NCBI GenBank assembly: GCA_030674875.1
Contig: JASXSU010000003.1
Coordinates: 504,076 to 536,075 of the forward strand
DNA: 32,000 nt
DNA from: Candidatus Endonucleibacter sp. (ex Gigantidas childressi)
Lineage (GTDB): Bacteria > Pseudomonadota > Gammaproteobacteria > Pseudomonadales > Endozoicomonadaceae
Direction of reading: 5' to 3'
The number at the start of each line of letters is the position of its first letter. Positions within the stretch are counted from its first letter, which is position 1. The position numbers were made by a program, and so were the translations under genes. Shown piece after piece: positions 1 to 9,900 of the stretch. The notes under the pieces were generated by a model, which saw nothing but the letters and a program-made list of their open reading frames with translations, was not told the DNA's origin and made no database searches.

Positions 1-14
1 TGGTAACGGGTATA
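1..14 (+). repeat. right terminus of a MITE-like element cut by the window edge
   Basis: TGGTAACGGGTATA matches the family right TIR (CAATGGTAACGGGTATA). Confidence 0.5.
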
Positions 15-78
15 TACCCATATTAACTTTGAAGTTTCTCCTTTGTTATTAGCGTTTGCTCACCACAGTTGCTTATAC
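13..78 (+). repeat. MITE-like family, short variant (TIR subtype 2)
   Basis: TATACCCATATTAACTTTGAAGTT ... CTCACCACAGTTGCTTATAC. It is about 75% identical to the reverse complement of 13364-13420 and shares its terminal TATAC with the next copy. Confidence 0.6.
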
Positions 79-205
79 TAATTTCTCTTGAAGGTTGGTG
101 GTTGTTGGCTGTTCTCGCTCACCCCAATCACCTACTATTCGTGGGCTTGTGGGGGTTCGCTCGTTTGTCGCCTACCTCCCATCACCTTTAATTGTAGTGA
201 GTATA
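74..205 (+). repeat. MITE-like family, full-length copy
   Basis: TATAC..CTTGAAGGTTGGTGGTTGTTGGCTGTTCTCGCTCACCCCAATCACCTACTATTCGTGGGCTTGTGGGGGTTCGCTCGTTTGTCGCCTAC..CACCTTTAATTGTAGTGAGTATA. Confidence 0.85.
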
Positions 206-285
206 GAGCTCCTGAGCTTTTGTGGTTTCGCTAACCTGTTGCTGCATATCAGCTTCAAATCCTTTGAGTATATGAGTAACTAACG

Positions 286-1596
286 TTACTCTCTGAGGTT
301 TTTGCTTTTGCATGCTTTAGCCAAAAAACATTCTTTTTTAATTGTAGTTGACCTGTTGAACCAGTCTAGGCATAAAAATATCACTGCCGCTGTTATCATA
401 TATACAGCATCAGTACCAAGTGCAGTCAAAATTAACAGGCACAGTAATGAACTGATAATAGCGAGTACTTTTTGGGTGCCTGAAAGAAGTTTAACTCCTG
501 CTAACATAGCCAAGAGGTATACTGCGACAAAATTACCATTAGCGCAACATATCAAGTTTTCTAACGATGTATCTATATAATGAAATATGGCAGCACTTAA
601 CGCACTGGCGATAACCACTACCAATAATGCTGTTATTGGTACTTTTCTTGCGGATAGCTGGGATAATTTTTTTGACCCTGGGCAGTTTAAAAAACCTTCA
701 TCAGCCATACTCCACAGCAGCTTAGAGAAACTTTGTATATAAATATTCAGGCTAGCAAAACAGGTAAGAAATCCAACAATAGCGGCTATCCATTTTCCGC
801 CCCACCCTAATACACAGCCAACCATTGTTGGGACTGATCCAGCATTATCTGCCACGCAACCATAGGCGGAAAATTTGATAACAGCAACAGAGCATATCCC
901 GTAGACTAGACCAGCAATGAGCACCCCCAAAAGCAAGGAGATGGGGAAATCTCGATCAGGTCGTTTAAACTCTTCTCCCATATGAGTAAAAGCTTCAATA
1001 CCAACAAAGCACCAAAACATCACTGCCAGAGCCGGAATTATAGATTTTATTGATGAGTAATCGTCCAGTGGTAGGCTGAAATCACTTAGCCGAATATCAC
1101 CACCGTACCAGAGAAAGGCCATCAACCCTATAACTAACAGGGCTATGCATAGCTGGACATTGCCAGAGAATCGAGTCCCACCAAGGCCAAGTATAAGAGT
1201 GCTTGCCAGAATTCCAAGTTTGATTACAAATATTGATAATGATGATAGTTCAAATAATGCAGTCCATAACCCAGTTGCCAAAATAAGGCTTGCAGGAATA
1301 GCAACAGGAATAGTTGCAAGAAACAAGAAAGCTGTCAGTTTTTCAAGACGCCGTCCCATGGCTAGCCCAACCATGTGTGCGGCTCCGCCGGCATGGGGGT
1401 ATTTTCGTCCGAGCATGGCGAATGTGAATGCCACAGGCATCACTAATAAAATAAGGATACCCCAAGCCAGAATTGACCAGCGCCCAGCAATAGTTGCGGC
1501 TACAGCAGGGACAACAAATACGCCTGACCCTAAAATAGATGTTGACATTAAACCTGCGCCCTGAACGATACCCAGGTCTTTATTCAGGCGGCTCAT
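286..1596 (-). CDS. yjeH: APC-superfamily amino-acid exporter, YjeH-like (L-methionine/branched-chain amino acid exporter family)
   Basis: 436-aa ORF that is hydrophobic throughout. The N-terminus MSRLNKDLGIVQGAGLMSTSILGSGVFVVPA and the motifs FWCFVGIEAFTHMGEEFKRPDRDFP and CFASLNIYIQSF align by eye with E. coli YjeH as I recall it. Confidence 0.75.
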   Translation of the reverse strand: MSRLNKDLGIVQGAGLMSTSILGSGVFVVPAVAATIAGRWSILAWGILILLVMPVAFTFAMLGRKYPHAGGAAHMVGLAMGRRLEKLTAFLFLATIPVAIPASLILATGLWTALFELSSLSIFVIKLGILASTLILGLGGTRFSGNVQLCIALLVIGLMAFLWYGGDIRLSDFSLPLDDYSSIKSIIPALAVMFWCFVGIEAFTHMGEEFKRPDRDFPISLLLGVLIAGLVYGICSVAVIKFSAYGCVADNAGSVPTMVGCVLGWGGKWIAAIVGFLTCFASLNIYIQSFSKLLWSMADEGFLNCPGSKKLSQLSARKVPITALLVVVIASALSAAIFHYIDTSLENLICCANGNFVAVYLLAMLAGVKLLSGTQKVLAIISSLLCLLILTALGTDAVYMITAAVIFLCLDWFNRSTTIKKECFLAKACKSKNLRE

Positions 1597-1784
1597 GTAT
1601 TATTATCCTGTTGAGTTGAAAGTTAATAGTAATAAGTTAGCATTTATGCTGCGTCTGAGTGCTATAATTTTGACACCAAAGACAAGTTTAATTCGTATCT
1701 CAATATAGAGCTACATGAATATCTTGTGATATTTGCAATATATTAACCTGTCATATAATCTTCTTACGCAGTAGTGATATATCT

Positions 1785-1919
1785 TATACTTACTTCCCTT
1801 GAGGGTGTGGTGTATGATTGCTCTCACTCATCCCAATAAACCTACTGCTCGTAGGTTATTATGGGTATTAGTTTGTCGCCGCGTAGCAACTTCAGTAGGT
1901 AGTAAGGGTGGCTAATATA
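1785..1919 (+). repeat. MITE-like family, full-length copy (mixed TIR subtypes) in the yjeH/trpE divergent spacer
   Basis: TATACTTACTTCCCTTGAGGGTGTGG..GCTCTCACTCATCCCAATAAACCTACTGCTCGTAGG..GTTTGTCGCC..GTAGCAACTTCAGTAGG..ATATA. Confidence 0.85.
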
Positions 1920-2010
1920 CCCTCCCACGTTTTCAAGTACTGCAAGTATAAGCGTATAGTTCGCTCTCTGCTCTATTACTGTTAACTATCAGCCTTATAA
2001 TGAGACAGAT

Positions 2011-3510
2011 ATGACGCCTGATGATTTTGCACGCTTTGCGCAGGAAGGATATAACCGTATCCCAGTCATCCGTGAAATTCTTGCAGATTTGGAAACGCCA
2101 TTAACTATTTACTTAAAGCTAGCTAATGGTAGATACTCATATCTTTTGGAATCAATTCATGGAGGAGAGCAATGGGGTCGTTACTCTATAATTGGTCTAC
2201 CATGCCGCACATTGTTGAGAATTACCGGTAATCATCTTCAGGTAGAAGTGGATGAGAATATAGTCGAAAAGCATAGATCTGATGATCCGCTATCGTTTAT
2301 TGAAGTATTCCAGCAACGGTACAAAGTCCCAAGTCTACCAAGTCTGCCCCATTTTTATGGTGGGCTGGTGGGTTATTTTGGCTACGATAGTGTGCGCTAT
2401 ATTGAAACAAAACTTCAAAGATATACGTCTAAAGATCCACTGAATACTCCTGATATTTTGCTGATGGTTTCAGATGATGTTGTGGTGTTTGATAACCTTA
2501 CAAACAAACTAATATTGATAACCCACGCTGATCCGGCTGAAGACTCGTCTCTGGATCACGCCAACCATAAGTTGGATGACTTAGTTCGGCGCATAAAAAC
2601 AATGCACGTTACTCTTCCAGTGCAAGAGACTTTGAATCATGTTGACGAAAAATCTTTTAGTTCTAGTACGGGTCAAGCTGCCTTTGAAAAATCTGTTGAA
2701 AAAGTACGAGATTATATTATTGATGGTGATGTAATGCAAGTGGTGTTATCCCAAAGAATGAGTATTCCATTTGATAGTTCTCCTTTCAATCTTTATCGAG
2801 CGCTGAGAAGTACTAATCCCTCACCATATATGTACTATATGGATCTCGGTGATTTCCATATAGTTGGCTCATCTCCTGAAATACTTGTTCGCCTTGAAGA
2901 AGGTGAAGTAACCGTTAGACCGCTTGCCGGAACCAGAAAGCGTGGAGAAACTGAGGAGCGCGATAAGGAGCTTGAGAATGAACTGCTAAATGACCCCAAA
3001 GAACTTGCTGAACATCTAATGTTGATTGACCTTGGTCGTAATGACGTTGGTCGTGTTTCAGAAACAGGTAGCGTTTGTCTTACGGAAAACATGCTTGTCG
3101 AACGTTATTCTCATGTTATGCATATTGTTTCTAATGTTACTGGTCGTTTGAAGCAGGGGAAGAGTGCCATTGATGTGTTGAGAGCTACGTTTCCGGCAGG
3201 TACTCTTAGTGGAGCGCCAAAAGTACGAGCTATGGAAATTATTGATGAAATGGAGCCAGTAAAACGCGGTATTTACGGTGGTGCAGTGGGCTATCTTTCG
3301 TGGCATGGCAGCATGGACACAGCTATAGCTATTCGTACTGCTATCATTAAGGATCGTCAACTCCACATTCAGGCAGGAGCAGGTATTGTAGCCGACTCGG
3401 TTCCTACGTCGGAATGGAAAGAAACAATGAGCAAAGGGAGAGCTATCTTTAAGGCTGTAGCTATGGCTCAAACAGGATTGGCTGATCAATGTCAAGAGGC
3501 CAAAAGCTAA
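2011..3510 (+). CDS. trpE: anthranilate synthase component I
   Basis: 499-aa ORF with chorismate-binding enzyme motifs ([49 protein letters not shown]). It is followed directly by trpG, trpD and trpC. Confidence 0.95.
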   Translation: MTPDDFARFAQEGYNRIPVIREILADLETPLTIYLKLANGRYSYLLESIHGGEQWGRYSIIGLPCRTLLRITGNHLQVEVDENIVEKHRSDDPLSFIEVFQQRYKVPSLPSLPHFYGGLVGYFGYDSVRYIETKLQRYTSKDPLNTPDILLMVSDDVVVFDNLTNKLILITHADPAEDSSLDHANHKLDDLVRRIKTMHVTLPVQETLNHVDEKSFSSSTGQAAFEKSVEKVRDYIIDGDVMQVVLSQRMSIPFDSSPFNLYRALRSTNPSPYMYYMDLGDFHIVGSSPEILVRLEEGEVTVRPLAGTRKRGETEERDKELENELLNDPKELAEHLMLIDLGRNDVGRVSETGSVCLTENMLVERYSHVMHIVSNVTGRLKQGKSAIDVLRATFPAGTLSGAPKVRAMEIIDEMEPVKRGIYGGAVGYLSWHGSMDTAIAIRTAIIKDRQLHIQAGAGIVADSVPTSEWKETMSKGRAIFKAVAMAQTGLADQCQEAKS

Positions 3511-4088
3511 TGCTACTGATGATTGATAATTATGATTCTTTTACTTGGAATCTGGTGCAGTATTTTGGCGAGCTTGGTGTGCATGTTGAAGTTTATCGAA
3601 ATGATCAAATTACACTTGCAAATATAGAGAAACTAAAACCTAGCCATATTGTTATTTCACCGGGACCATGTACGCCTAATAAAGCTGGCATATCCATGGA
3701 TACTATTCGTCATTTTCAAGATAAATTACCTATTTTAGGTGTGTGTCTTGGGCATCAGTGTATTGGTCAAGTGTATGGTGGTAAGGTCGTCAGATCTCGT
3801 CAGGTAATGCATGGAAAGGTATCTGCTATTTTTCATGGAAAGGCGGGTGTTTTTCGTAGCATTCCTAATTCGTTTAATTCAACCCGTTATCACTCTCTTA
3901 TTATAGAAAAAGAATCGTTGCCTGACTGTCTTGAGGTTACTGCATGGACCCAAACAGAAGATGGTAAAAAGGACGAGATTATGGGCGTGCGTCACAGAGA
4001 GATGCCAGTTGAAGGAGTGCAATTCCACCCTGAGTCGATTATGTCTGAGTGTGGACACGATCTGTTAAATAATTTTCTTACGCAGTAA
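3510..4088 (+). CDS. trpG: anthranilate synthase component II (glutamine amidotransferase)
   Basis: Class-I GATase motifs are present ([19 protein letters not shown] catalytic Cys, QFHPES). The ORF opens at 3489, but the ATG at 3510 overlaps the trpE TAA (TAATG), which gives the canonical [12 protein letters not shown]-terminus. Confidence 0.9.
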   Translation: MLLMIDNYDSFTWNLVQYFGELGVHVEVYRNDQITLANIEKLKPSHIVISPGPCTPNKAGISMDTIRHFQDKLPILGVCLGHQCIGQVYGGKVVRSRQVMHGKVSAIFHGKAGVFRSIPNSFNSTRYHSLIIEKESLPDCLEVTAWTQTEDGKKDEIMGVRHREMPVEGVQFHPESIMSECGHDLLNNFLTQ

Positions 4089-4106
4089 TGTCAGGAGAGA
4101 TAAGTA

Positions 4107-5135
4107 GTGCGCATTAAAGATGCTATTGCTCGTGTTGTTCAGCGGTTGGACCTAAATCGAAATGAAATGACGTCGGTAATGAAGCAGATTATGACTGGTG
4201 CATGCTCTGACTTAGAAATTGCTGCTTTTCTAGTTGCAATGCGCATGAAAAGTGAAAGTATCGATGAAATTTGTGGTGCAGTCATCATTATGCGCGAGCT
4301 GGCGACACCTGTTAAAGTTGAAGTAGATCACCTGATAGACATTGTTGGTACAGGGGGTGACGCTGGGCAGTTGTTCAATGTCTCATCAGCAGCAGCGTTT
4401 GTTGCTGCAGCGGCGGGAGCTCATGTGGCGAAGCATGGCAATAGGGGGGTATCTAGCGGCAGTGGTAGTGCTGACTTGTCAGAAAAAATTGGAATTAACT
4501 TAAATATGTCACCTGAGCAGACAGCTCGTTGCATTCAGGAGGTGGGTGTTGGTTTTATATTTGCTCCAGCTTACCATTCAGCCATGAAAAATGTTGCGAG
4601 TATACGTCGATCATTAGGTATTAGAACCCTGTTTAATATACTTGGCCCTCTATCAAATCCTGCCGGTGTGGACCGTTTGGTTATTGGTGTATTTACCCAG
4701 GAGCTTTGTCGGCCCATGACAGAGGTTTTACGGGAGTTAGGTAACAAGCATGTAATGGTTGTTCATTCTATAGATGGGTTGGATGAAATTAGTATTTCTA
4801 GCGAAACACTTGTTGCTGAGCTTGAAAATAACGAGATAAAAGAATATTTCATTAAGCCGGAAGACTTTAATATAAACTCACAAAGCCTTATAGGGATGAG
4901 TGTAACCAATTCAACAGAATCTTTTGCTCTTATACAAGATGCTTTTGACGGGAGAGAAGGTAAATATGCCAACAAGGTGGCTGATATGATAGCCTTGAAT
5001 GCTGGTGCAGGTATCTATGTGTCTGGAGTTGCTAGTAGTCTTAAGCAAGGTATTGCTATGGCTCAAGATATAATAGCAAGTGGCTCGGCATTGAAGAAAA
5101 TGTTAGAGGTGGTTCATTTTAGTAATAGTTTATGA
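4107..5135 (+). CDS. trpD: anthranilate phosphoribosyltransferase
   Basis: 342-aa ORF with a GTG start. Motifs DIVGTGGD, FNVSSAAAFVAAAAG, KHGNR and GPLSNPA are present, in trp operon context. Confidence 0.95.
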   Translation: MRIKDAIARVVQRLDLNRNEMTSVMKQIMTGACSDLEIAAFLVAMRMKSESIDEICGAVIIMRELATPVKVEVDHLIDIVGTGGDAGQLFNVSSAAAFVAAAAGAHVAKHGNRGVSSGSGSADLSEKIGINLNMSPEQTARCIQEVGVGFIFAPAYHSAMKNVASIRRSLGIRTLFNILGPLSNPAGVDRLVIGVFTQELCRPMTEVLRELGNKHVMVVHSIDGLDEISISSETLVAELENNEIKEYFIKPEDFNINSQSLIGMSVTNSTESFALIQDAFDGREGKYANKVADMIALNAGAGIYVSGVASSLKQGIAMAQDIIASGSALKKMLEVVHFSNSL

Positions 5136-5150
5136 GAGGCAAAATAATCC

Positions 5151-5954
5151 ATGTCCATGCCAACTATTTTGAATAAAATCATTCAAAGAAAGCGTGAAGA
5201 AATTAGTGATGGTATTCAATCCCTATCTTTGGCAGAGGCTCGCATAAAGGTGCTTGACTGTCCACCTACCCGTAGTTTTGCAGATAAACTTATAGCTCAA
5301 GCTAGTTCTGGTAAAGCCGCAGTAATAGCCGAATTAAAAAAAGCATCACCCAGCAAGGGAGTTATACGAGAGCACTTCGAGCCGGCAATAATAGCTAAAA
5401 GTTATGAAAAGGCTGGAGCTACTTGTTTGTCAATATTGACAGATATTGACTTCTTTCAAGGATCTCCTGCATACATTCAGCAGGCACGCCAAGCGATGTC
5501 TCTACCGGTATTACGCAAGGATTTTATGGTTGATGCCTGGCAGATTTATGAATCTCGCTTGATGGGCGCGGACTGTATTTTGTTAATTGTATCAGCTTTG
5601 TCAGATGTCGAATTAATAGATTTTAATGGCATTGCTCAGGAGTTAGGTATGAGCGTGTTAGTTGAGGTTCATAATGGGGAGGAGCTGGAAAGAGCTTTGC
5701 ATATTAAAGGCGCTTTACTTGGTATTAACAATCGTAATCTTCACACATTTGAGGTGAGTTTGGAAACTACCTTTGAACTTCTGCCGCGAGTACCGGATAA
5801 TCGTTTGGTTATCACGGAAAGTGGAATTAACTCAAAGGATGATGTCAGCTCCATGATGGAAAAACACGTTAATAGTTTTTTGGTAGGAGAAGCGTTCATG
5901 CGCCAGGACGATCCAGGAAAAGGATTAAAAAACTTGTTTAGTAGATATTTATAA
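5151..5954 (+). CDS. trpC: indole-3-glycerol phosphate synthase
   Basis: 267-aa ORF with motifs [24 protein letters not shown] and ESGI, in operon context. Confidence 0.95.
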   Translation: MSMPTILNKIIQRKREEISDGIQSLSLAEARIKVLDCPPTRSFADKLIAQASSGKAAVIAELKKASPSKGVIREHFEPAIIAKSYEKAGATCLSILTDIDFFQGSPAYIQQARQAMSLPVLRKDFMVDAWQIYESRLMGADCILLIVSALSDVELIDFNGIAQELGMSVLVEVHNGEELERALHIKGALLGINNRNLHTFEVSLETTFELLPRVPDNRLVITESGINSKDDVSSMMEKHVNSFLVGEAFMRQDDPGKGLKNLFSRYL

Positions 5955-5967
5955 CTATTTTGTACCA

Positions 5968-6024
5968 ATATCCCAAGAAGGTATGAGATTGTTGATCTAT
6001 CTACCTTCAATGGAAGCTGGTATT
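5968..6024 (+). repeat. MITE-like family, short or degenerate copy between trpC and gatB
   Basis: The right end CTACCTTCAATGGAAGCTGGTAT matches the family TIR. The left end ATATCCCAAGAAGGTATGAG matches only loosely. Confidence 0.4.
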
Positions 6025-6047
6025 TAATATGACCACAGGCTTGCATG

Positions 6048-6068
6048 TAGAGATCGGATGGATCTCTA
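6048..6068. terminator. possible bidirectional hairpin between convergent trpC and gatB
   Basis: 8-bp stem TAGAGATC/GATCTCTA with loop GGATG. There is no clear T-run on either side, so support is weak. Confidence 0.25.
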
Positions 6069-6096
6069 GGTTTGTAAACTCCAGTACCTATTTGGC

Positions 6097-7545
6097 TTAT
6101 TTATCCAGTTTATTTTTTAGCATTGTGTTTACTATATCAGGGTTGGCCTTGCCCTTTGATGCTTTCATGCATTGCCCAACAAAAAAACCGATCATCTTTT
6201 CACGTTTGTCTGGAGGCGCATCCCGATATTTCTCTACCTGCTGGGAACAGTTGGTTAATACTTCGTTGAGTATTGCGTCAATTACATCAGTATTGGTAAC
6301 CTGCTTTAGGCCTTTATTTTCAATTACTGCATCAGCAGAAGACTCTTCACCATTCCATAGCGCCTCAAATACCTGCTTGGCGATTTTGCCAGAAATGGTG
6401 GAGTCTTTGATGCGAATAACAAGGCCGCCAAGCATTTCAGCAGAGATAAGGCTAGATTTAATCGTCAAGTTTTTCTGATTAAGTGTTTTGGCCAACTCTC
6501 CCATAACCCAATTGGCAGTGAGCTTGGCATCACCCGTTATTTTGGTCGCAGCTTCAAAATATGCAGCAGTGTCAGAGTCTCCTGCAAGAGCCTCTGCATC
6601 GTAATTGCTTAAGCCTAATTCGCTAATGAAACGTGCTTTTTTTGTTTCAAGTAACTCAGGCATTGTCGATTTTAGGCTTTCCAGTAGGCTGTCTTCAATT
6701 ACCACTGGTAGCAAGTCTGGACATGGGAAGTAGCGGTAATCATTAGCCTCTTCCTTGCTACGCATGGAGCGAGACTCTCCAGTATCACCATTGTATAAAC
6801 GCGTCTCTTGAAGCACCTTGCCGCCATCTTCAATAAGGTTTATCTGTCGTATAACTTCCTTGTCAATAGCTTGTTCCATAAACCGAAATGAGTTCAAATT
6901 TTTGGTTTCAGTACGGGTTCCCAGCTCTTTTTGTCCTTTAGGTTTAACAGAAACGTTGACATCAAACCGCATAGACCCTTGAGACATTTCTCCATCACAA
7001 ATGCCAATAGAGGTTACGATTGAGTGCAATTTTTTTGCAATAGCAATAGCCTCTTCTGCGGTAGACATATCTGGCTCTGTAACAATCTCAATAAGGGGGG
7101 TGCCTGCACGGTTGAAGTCAATGCCAGACATGCCATGGAAGTCTCCATGAAGGCTTTTCCCTGCATCTTCTTCCAAGTGGGCATGATGTATGCGTACAGA
7201 TTTTGTAGAGCCATTGTTCAGGGTAATATTTAAATGTCCCGCACCAATAATAGGATTCTCCAGTTGCGTTGTTTGGTAGCCTTTGGGTAAATCCGGATAA
7301 AAATAATTCTTCCTCTCAAAGGCGTTAACCTGGTTAATCTTTGCGCCAATGGCTAAGCCAAACTTAAGAGCTTTAAGAACAGCATCTTTATTTAGAGCTG
7401 GAAGTGTGCCAGGTAAACCGAGGTCCACAGCACAGGCTTGTGTATTCGGTTCTGCTCCGAACTTAGTAGAGGCTCCAGAGAAAATCTTTGTTTTTGTTGC
7501 TAGCTGAACATGCACTTCCAAGCCGATAACTGTTTCCCACGTCAT
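6097..7545 (-). CDS. gatB: Asp-tRNA(Asn)/Glu-tRNA(Gln) amidotransferase subunit B
   Basis: 482-aa ORF. The N-terminus [15 protein letters not shown] and the motif FDVNVSV are typical of GatB. It lies 4 bp downstream of gatA. Confidence 0.95.
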   Translation of the reverse strand: MTWETVIGLEVHVQLATKTKIFSGASTKFGAEPNTQACAVDLGLPGTLPALNKDAVLKALKFGLAIGAKINQVNAFERKNYFYPDLPKGYQTTQLENPIIGAGHLNITLNNGSTKSVRIHHAHLEEDAGKSLHGDFHGMSGIDFNRAGTPLIEIVTEPDMSTAEEAIAIAKKLHSIVTSIGICDGEMSQGSMRFDVNVSVKPKGQKELGTRTETKNLNSFRFMEQAIDKEVIRQINLIEDGGKVLQETRLYNGDTGESRSMRSKEEANDYRYFPCPDLLPVVIEDSLLESLKSTMPELLETKKARFISELGLSNYDAEALAGDSDTAAYFEAATKITGDAKLTANWVMGELAKTLNQKNLTIKSSLISAEMLGGLVIRIKDSTISGKIAKQVFEALWNGEESSADAVIENKGLKQVTNTDVIDAILNEVLTNCSQQVEKYRDAPPDKREKMIGFFVGQCMKASKGKANPDIVNTMLKNKLDK

Positions 7546-7548
7546 TAT

Positions 7549-9021
7549 CTATACCTCGAAATTAGTGTTCTGGGTGAATGGTGTTTGCAAATGCCAGTCT
7601 GTGGCTTGCTGAAAACGATGAGCCGCGTTCAAAAGGCGGGCTTCGTCAAAATGTGAGCCAATCAGTTGTAAGCCTATTGGACGACCGTTGTCAGCAAGAC
7701 CTATAGGAATCGACATTCCTGGCAGCCCTGCTAGGTTGACGGCAATGGTATAAATATCGGACAAATACATAGCAATAGGGTCGCTGTTCTTCTCTCCGAT
7801 ATTAAATGCAGCCGTTGGTGCATTAGGCCCCATGATGATGTCACACTCCTTAAAAACTCTAAGAAAATCATCATGAATCAAGCGGCGGACTCTCTGGGCT
7901 TTGACATAGTAAGCATCGTAATATCCGGCGGATAGAACATAGGTTCCCACCAAAATACGACGCTTTACTTCTTCCCCAAACCCTTCACTCCGGGTGCGCT
8001 TATAAAGGTCCTCTATGTTTTTTGGGTTTTCACAGCGATAGCCAAAGCGAACACCATCAAAACGAGACAAGTTAGATGAGGCTTCTGCTGGAGCTATAAC
8101 ATAATAGGCTGCTATAGATAATGCGCTGCTAGGTAGGTCAATATCTTTAATTTTGGCGCCGAGCTTTTCGTATTCTAGAATGGCATTGCGAATTTTTTGT
8201 TCAACATCGGAACTCAATCCTTCAGTAAAATACTCTCTAGGCAAGCCGATTGTCATGCCCTCTAGAGAGTTGTTAAGCGTGGCGGTGAAATCTGGTACTT
8301 CTCTGTCAATAGATGTTGAGTCGCGATGATCAAATCCTGCCATAGTATTGAGCATTATGGCCGCATCTTCAGCAGTTCTGGTCATGGGCCCTGCTTGATC
8401 AAGACTTGAAGCATGCGCAACCATACCGTAACGGGAAACGCGTCCGTAAGTTGGCTTGATGCCGGTAATGCCGCAGTGAGAAGCAGGTTGGCGAATAGAA
8501 CCGCCGGTATCAGTACCTGTAGCGCCAGAAGCGAGCCTAGCCGAGATGCAGGCTGCAGACCCACCTGAAGAGCCGCCGGGAATGGCTTTGCTATCCCAAG
8601 GATTTCTTACCAAACCGTAGTAGCTATTTTCAGTGGATGAACCCATGGCAAACTCATCCATGTTGGTTTTACCCAACATGATAGCTCCACTTTCGTGAAA
8701 TTTACGGGTAACTGTAGATTCGTATGGTGCAATAAAATTATCAAGAATCTTTGAGCCGCAGCTAGTGCGAACACCTTCAGTGCAAAACAAGTCTTTATGT
8801 GCCAGTGGGATGCCGGTCAGAGCGGTGCTGTTGCCACTAGTTCTACGCTTATCCGCTGCAGCGGCTTGGCGGAGCGCTTGCTCCGCAGTTACCGTAATAT
8901 AGCTGTTGTAGGTTTTATCCAGTTGCTGAATTCGCTTCAGGTAGCTTTGGGTTAACTCTATACTGGAAATAGTGCCTGCAGCTAGGGCTCGGCTTTGTTC
9001 TGCTAGTGTTTTATTGTACAT
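7549..9021 (-). CDS. gatA: Glu-tRNA(Gln) amidotransferase subunit A
   Basis: 490-aa ORF with the amidase signature ([22 protein letters not shown]). Confidence 0.95.
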   Translation of the reverse strand: MYNKTLAEQSRALAAGTISSIELTQSYLKRIQQLDKTYNSYITVTAEQALRQAAAADKRRTSGNSTALTGIPLAHKDLFCTEGVRTSCGSKILDNFIAPYESTVTRKFHESGAIMLGKTNMDEFAMGSSTENSYYGLVRNPWDSKAIPGGSSGGSAACISARLASGATGTDTGGSIRQPASHCGITGIKPTYGRVSRYGMVAHASSLDQAGPMTRTAEDAAIMLNTMAGFDHRDSTSIDREVPDFTATLNNSLEGMTIGLPREYFTEGLSSDVEQKIRNAILEYEKLGAKIKDIDLPSSALSIAAYYVIAPAEASSNLSRFDGVRFGYRCENPKNIEDLYKRTRSEGFGEEVKRRILVGTYVLSAGYYDAYYVKAQRVRRLIHDDFLRVFKECDIIMGPNAPTAAFNIGEKNSDPIAMYLSDIYTIAVNLAGLPGMSIPIGLADNGRPIGLQLIGSHFDEARLLNAAHRFQQATDWHLQTPFTQNTNFEV

Positions 9022-9149
9022 ATAATACCCATTCCCCTTGAAGATGTGAGGTTATTAACTGCTCTCACTCATCCCAGTCATCTACTACGCATAGGCTCAT
9101 GGGGCTTTGCTTGTTTGTTGCCTGCGCACCTTGAATGGTAACGGATATA
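9022..9149 (+). repeat. MITE-like family, full-length copy inside the gatC-gatA spacer, abutting the gatA start codon
   Basis: (T)ATAATACCCATTCCCCTTGAAGATGTGAGG..GCTCTCACTCATCCCAGTCATCTACTACGCATAGGCTCATGGGGC..TTTGTTGCC..CACCTTGAATGGTAACGGATATA. Confidence 0.9.
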
Positions 9150-9162
9150 GGCTGTTTGGCTA

Positions 9163-9186
9163 TTTATCATTTTATCATTTTATCAT
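9163..9186. repeat. perfect 3x tandem repeat of the 8-mer TTTATCAT
   Basis: Read directly as 9163-9170, 9171-9178 and 9179-9186. It sits between the MITE copy and gatC. Confidence 0.9.
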
Positions 9187-9253
9187 TGTGGCATGAAAAA
9201 CCAGGATGGTTTTTATTGAAAAAATGGATCTGCACACAACAAAAGTATTGTGG

Positions 9254-9541
9254 CTACTCAATAACCCTAGGTACCAGAAAAAGCCCGTCTTCAGTAGAGG
9301 GAGCAGGTTTTTGCAGTTGTTCACGTTCGTTACTTTCGGTGACCTGATCTTCGCGTAATCGTTGGACTGCATCTAAAGGATGAGACATAGGGGAGGTGGC
9401 GCTGGTATCTACAGACTGCATCTTATCAATTACCATCAAAAATTGGGTAATTGTGTCAGTCATGGGTTCTACTTCATTTTCATCTATAGTCAGACGCGCA
9501 AGATGAGCAACAGCTTTAACCTGAGATCTGTCTATGGACAT
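9254..9541 (-). CDS. gatC: Glu-tRNA(Gln) amidotransferase subunit C
   Basis: 95-aa ORF of GatC length with a GatC-like sequence (VAHLARLTIDENE ... LREDQV). It lies upstream of gatA-gatB on the same strand. Confidence 0.85.
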   Translation of the reverse strand: MSIDRSQVKAVAHLARLTIDENEVEPMTDTITQFLMVIDKMQSVDTSATSPMSHPLDAVQRLREDQVTESNEREQLQKPAPSTEDGLFLVPRVIE

Positions 9542-9693
9542 AGTACTTTCCTGATCATGTAAACATCCATATCATGAGGCAAAACAGGATTATTTCAAGA
9601 GCAAGCTACAATTTTATTGGCTCTGTTGCTTAAAATATATATTTGAAGTTTGAAATAATGCTGGCTCACAAAAAACTAATAGAGGAAAGGGTG

Positions 9694-9754
9694 CATGCTC
9701 GTTACTATTGGAAGTGTGGTAGGTTACAGGCTAGAGAATCCTCATGAGTCTATA
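9694..9754 (+). repeat. MITE-like family, partial copy next to the IS30 relic
   Basis: GCTCGTTACTATTGGAAGTGTGGTAGGTT ... CCTCATGAGTCTATA. It has a TIR-like left end and a core fragment. Confidence 0.4.
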
Positions 9755-9759
9755 AATAG

Positions 9760-9900
9760 AGGTGAAGCGAACATTGATGCGGCTTAATTCTCGGCCAAGA
9801 AAAGATTTGAATTTCAAAACACCCGCCCTGATAATGGGTGAACACAGGGCTGCGTCAGCAGCTTAAGCTGTGATGCACTTGCAATTTGAATCCGCGTACT
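9760..9900 (+). mobile_element. IS30-family transposase C-terminal relic plus probable terminal inverted repeat
   Basis: 9783-9866 translates to LNSRPRKDLNFKTPALIM...stop, matching the IS30 C-terminal signature LNNRPRKTLKFKTP. The upstream frame is broken. GGATTCAAATTGCAAG (reverse strand, about 9877-9892) resembles the IS30 terminal IR GATTCAATTGG. Confidence 0.6.

Noticed and set aside
95-283. ORFs of 60-114 aa in the track that lie inside repeat copies (95..283, 9135..9347, 15603..15947, 20671..20913)
   Set aside because: Their sequence is the translated repeat core (for example ..GCSRSPQSPT.. and ..GCSHSPQSLT..). They lack an RBS, differ in frame integrity between copies, and occur in both orientations. 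They are artefacts of the repeat, not genes.
1145-1564. Long antisense or overlapping ORFs inside confirmed genes (for example 1145..1564, 3058..3495, 6029..6478, 11687..11974, 12231..12557, 18401..18718, 20116..20382, 24860..25237, 31110..31409)
   Set aside because: They are entirely nested in strongly supported genes on the opposite strand or in another frame. They have low-complexity or odd composition, no RBS and no recognisable family.
1841-1855. Small stem-loop in the repeat core (CCTAC-tgctc-GTAGG) with an apparently compensatory change in copy 24551-24565 (TCTAT-tgctc-ATAGG)
   Set aside because: Other copies (131-145, 9081-9095, 26433-26447, 20893-20907) break the pairing. One covarying pair among about 11 copies is not enough to claim a conserved RNA structure without a computed covariation test.
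1920-2010. trp leader peptide/attenuator or TrpR operator upstream of trpE
   Set aside because: There is no small ORF with tandem Trp codons and no terminator/antiterminator pair. ACTGTTAACTAT (1978-1989) shares only the central GTTAAC with the E. coli trp operator and is not a proper palindrome. A TATAAT at 1996-2001 is only 9 nt from the ATG and cannot be evaluated by eye.
9196-9214. Hairpin AAAAACCA-gga-TGGTTTTT as an internal terminator between gatC and gatA
   Set aside because: The stem is almost entirely A-T and there is no separate U-tract. gatA-gatB are essential and need read-through from gatC, and no alternative promoter is evident.
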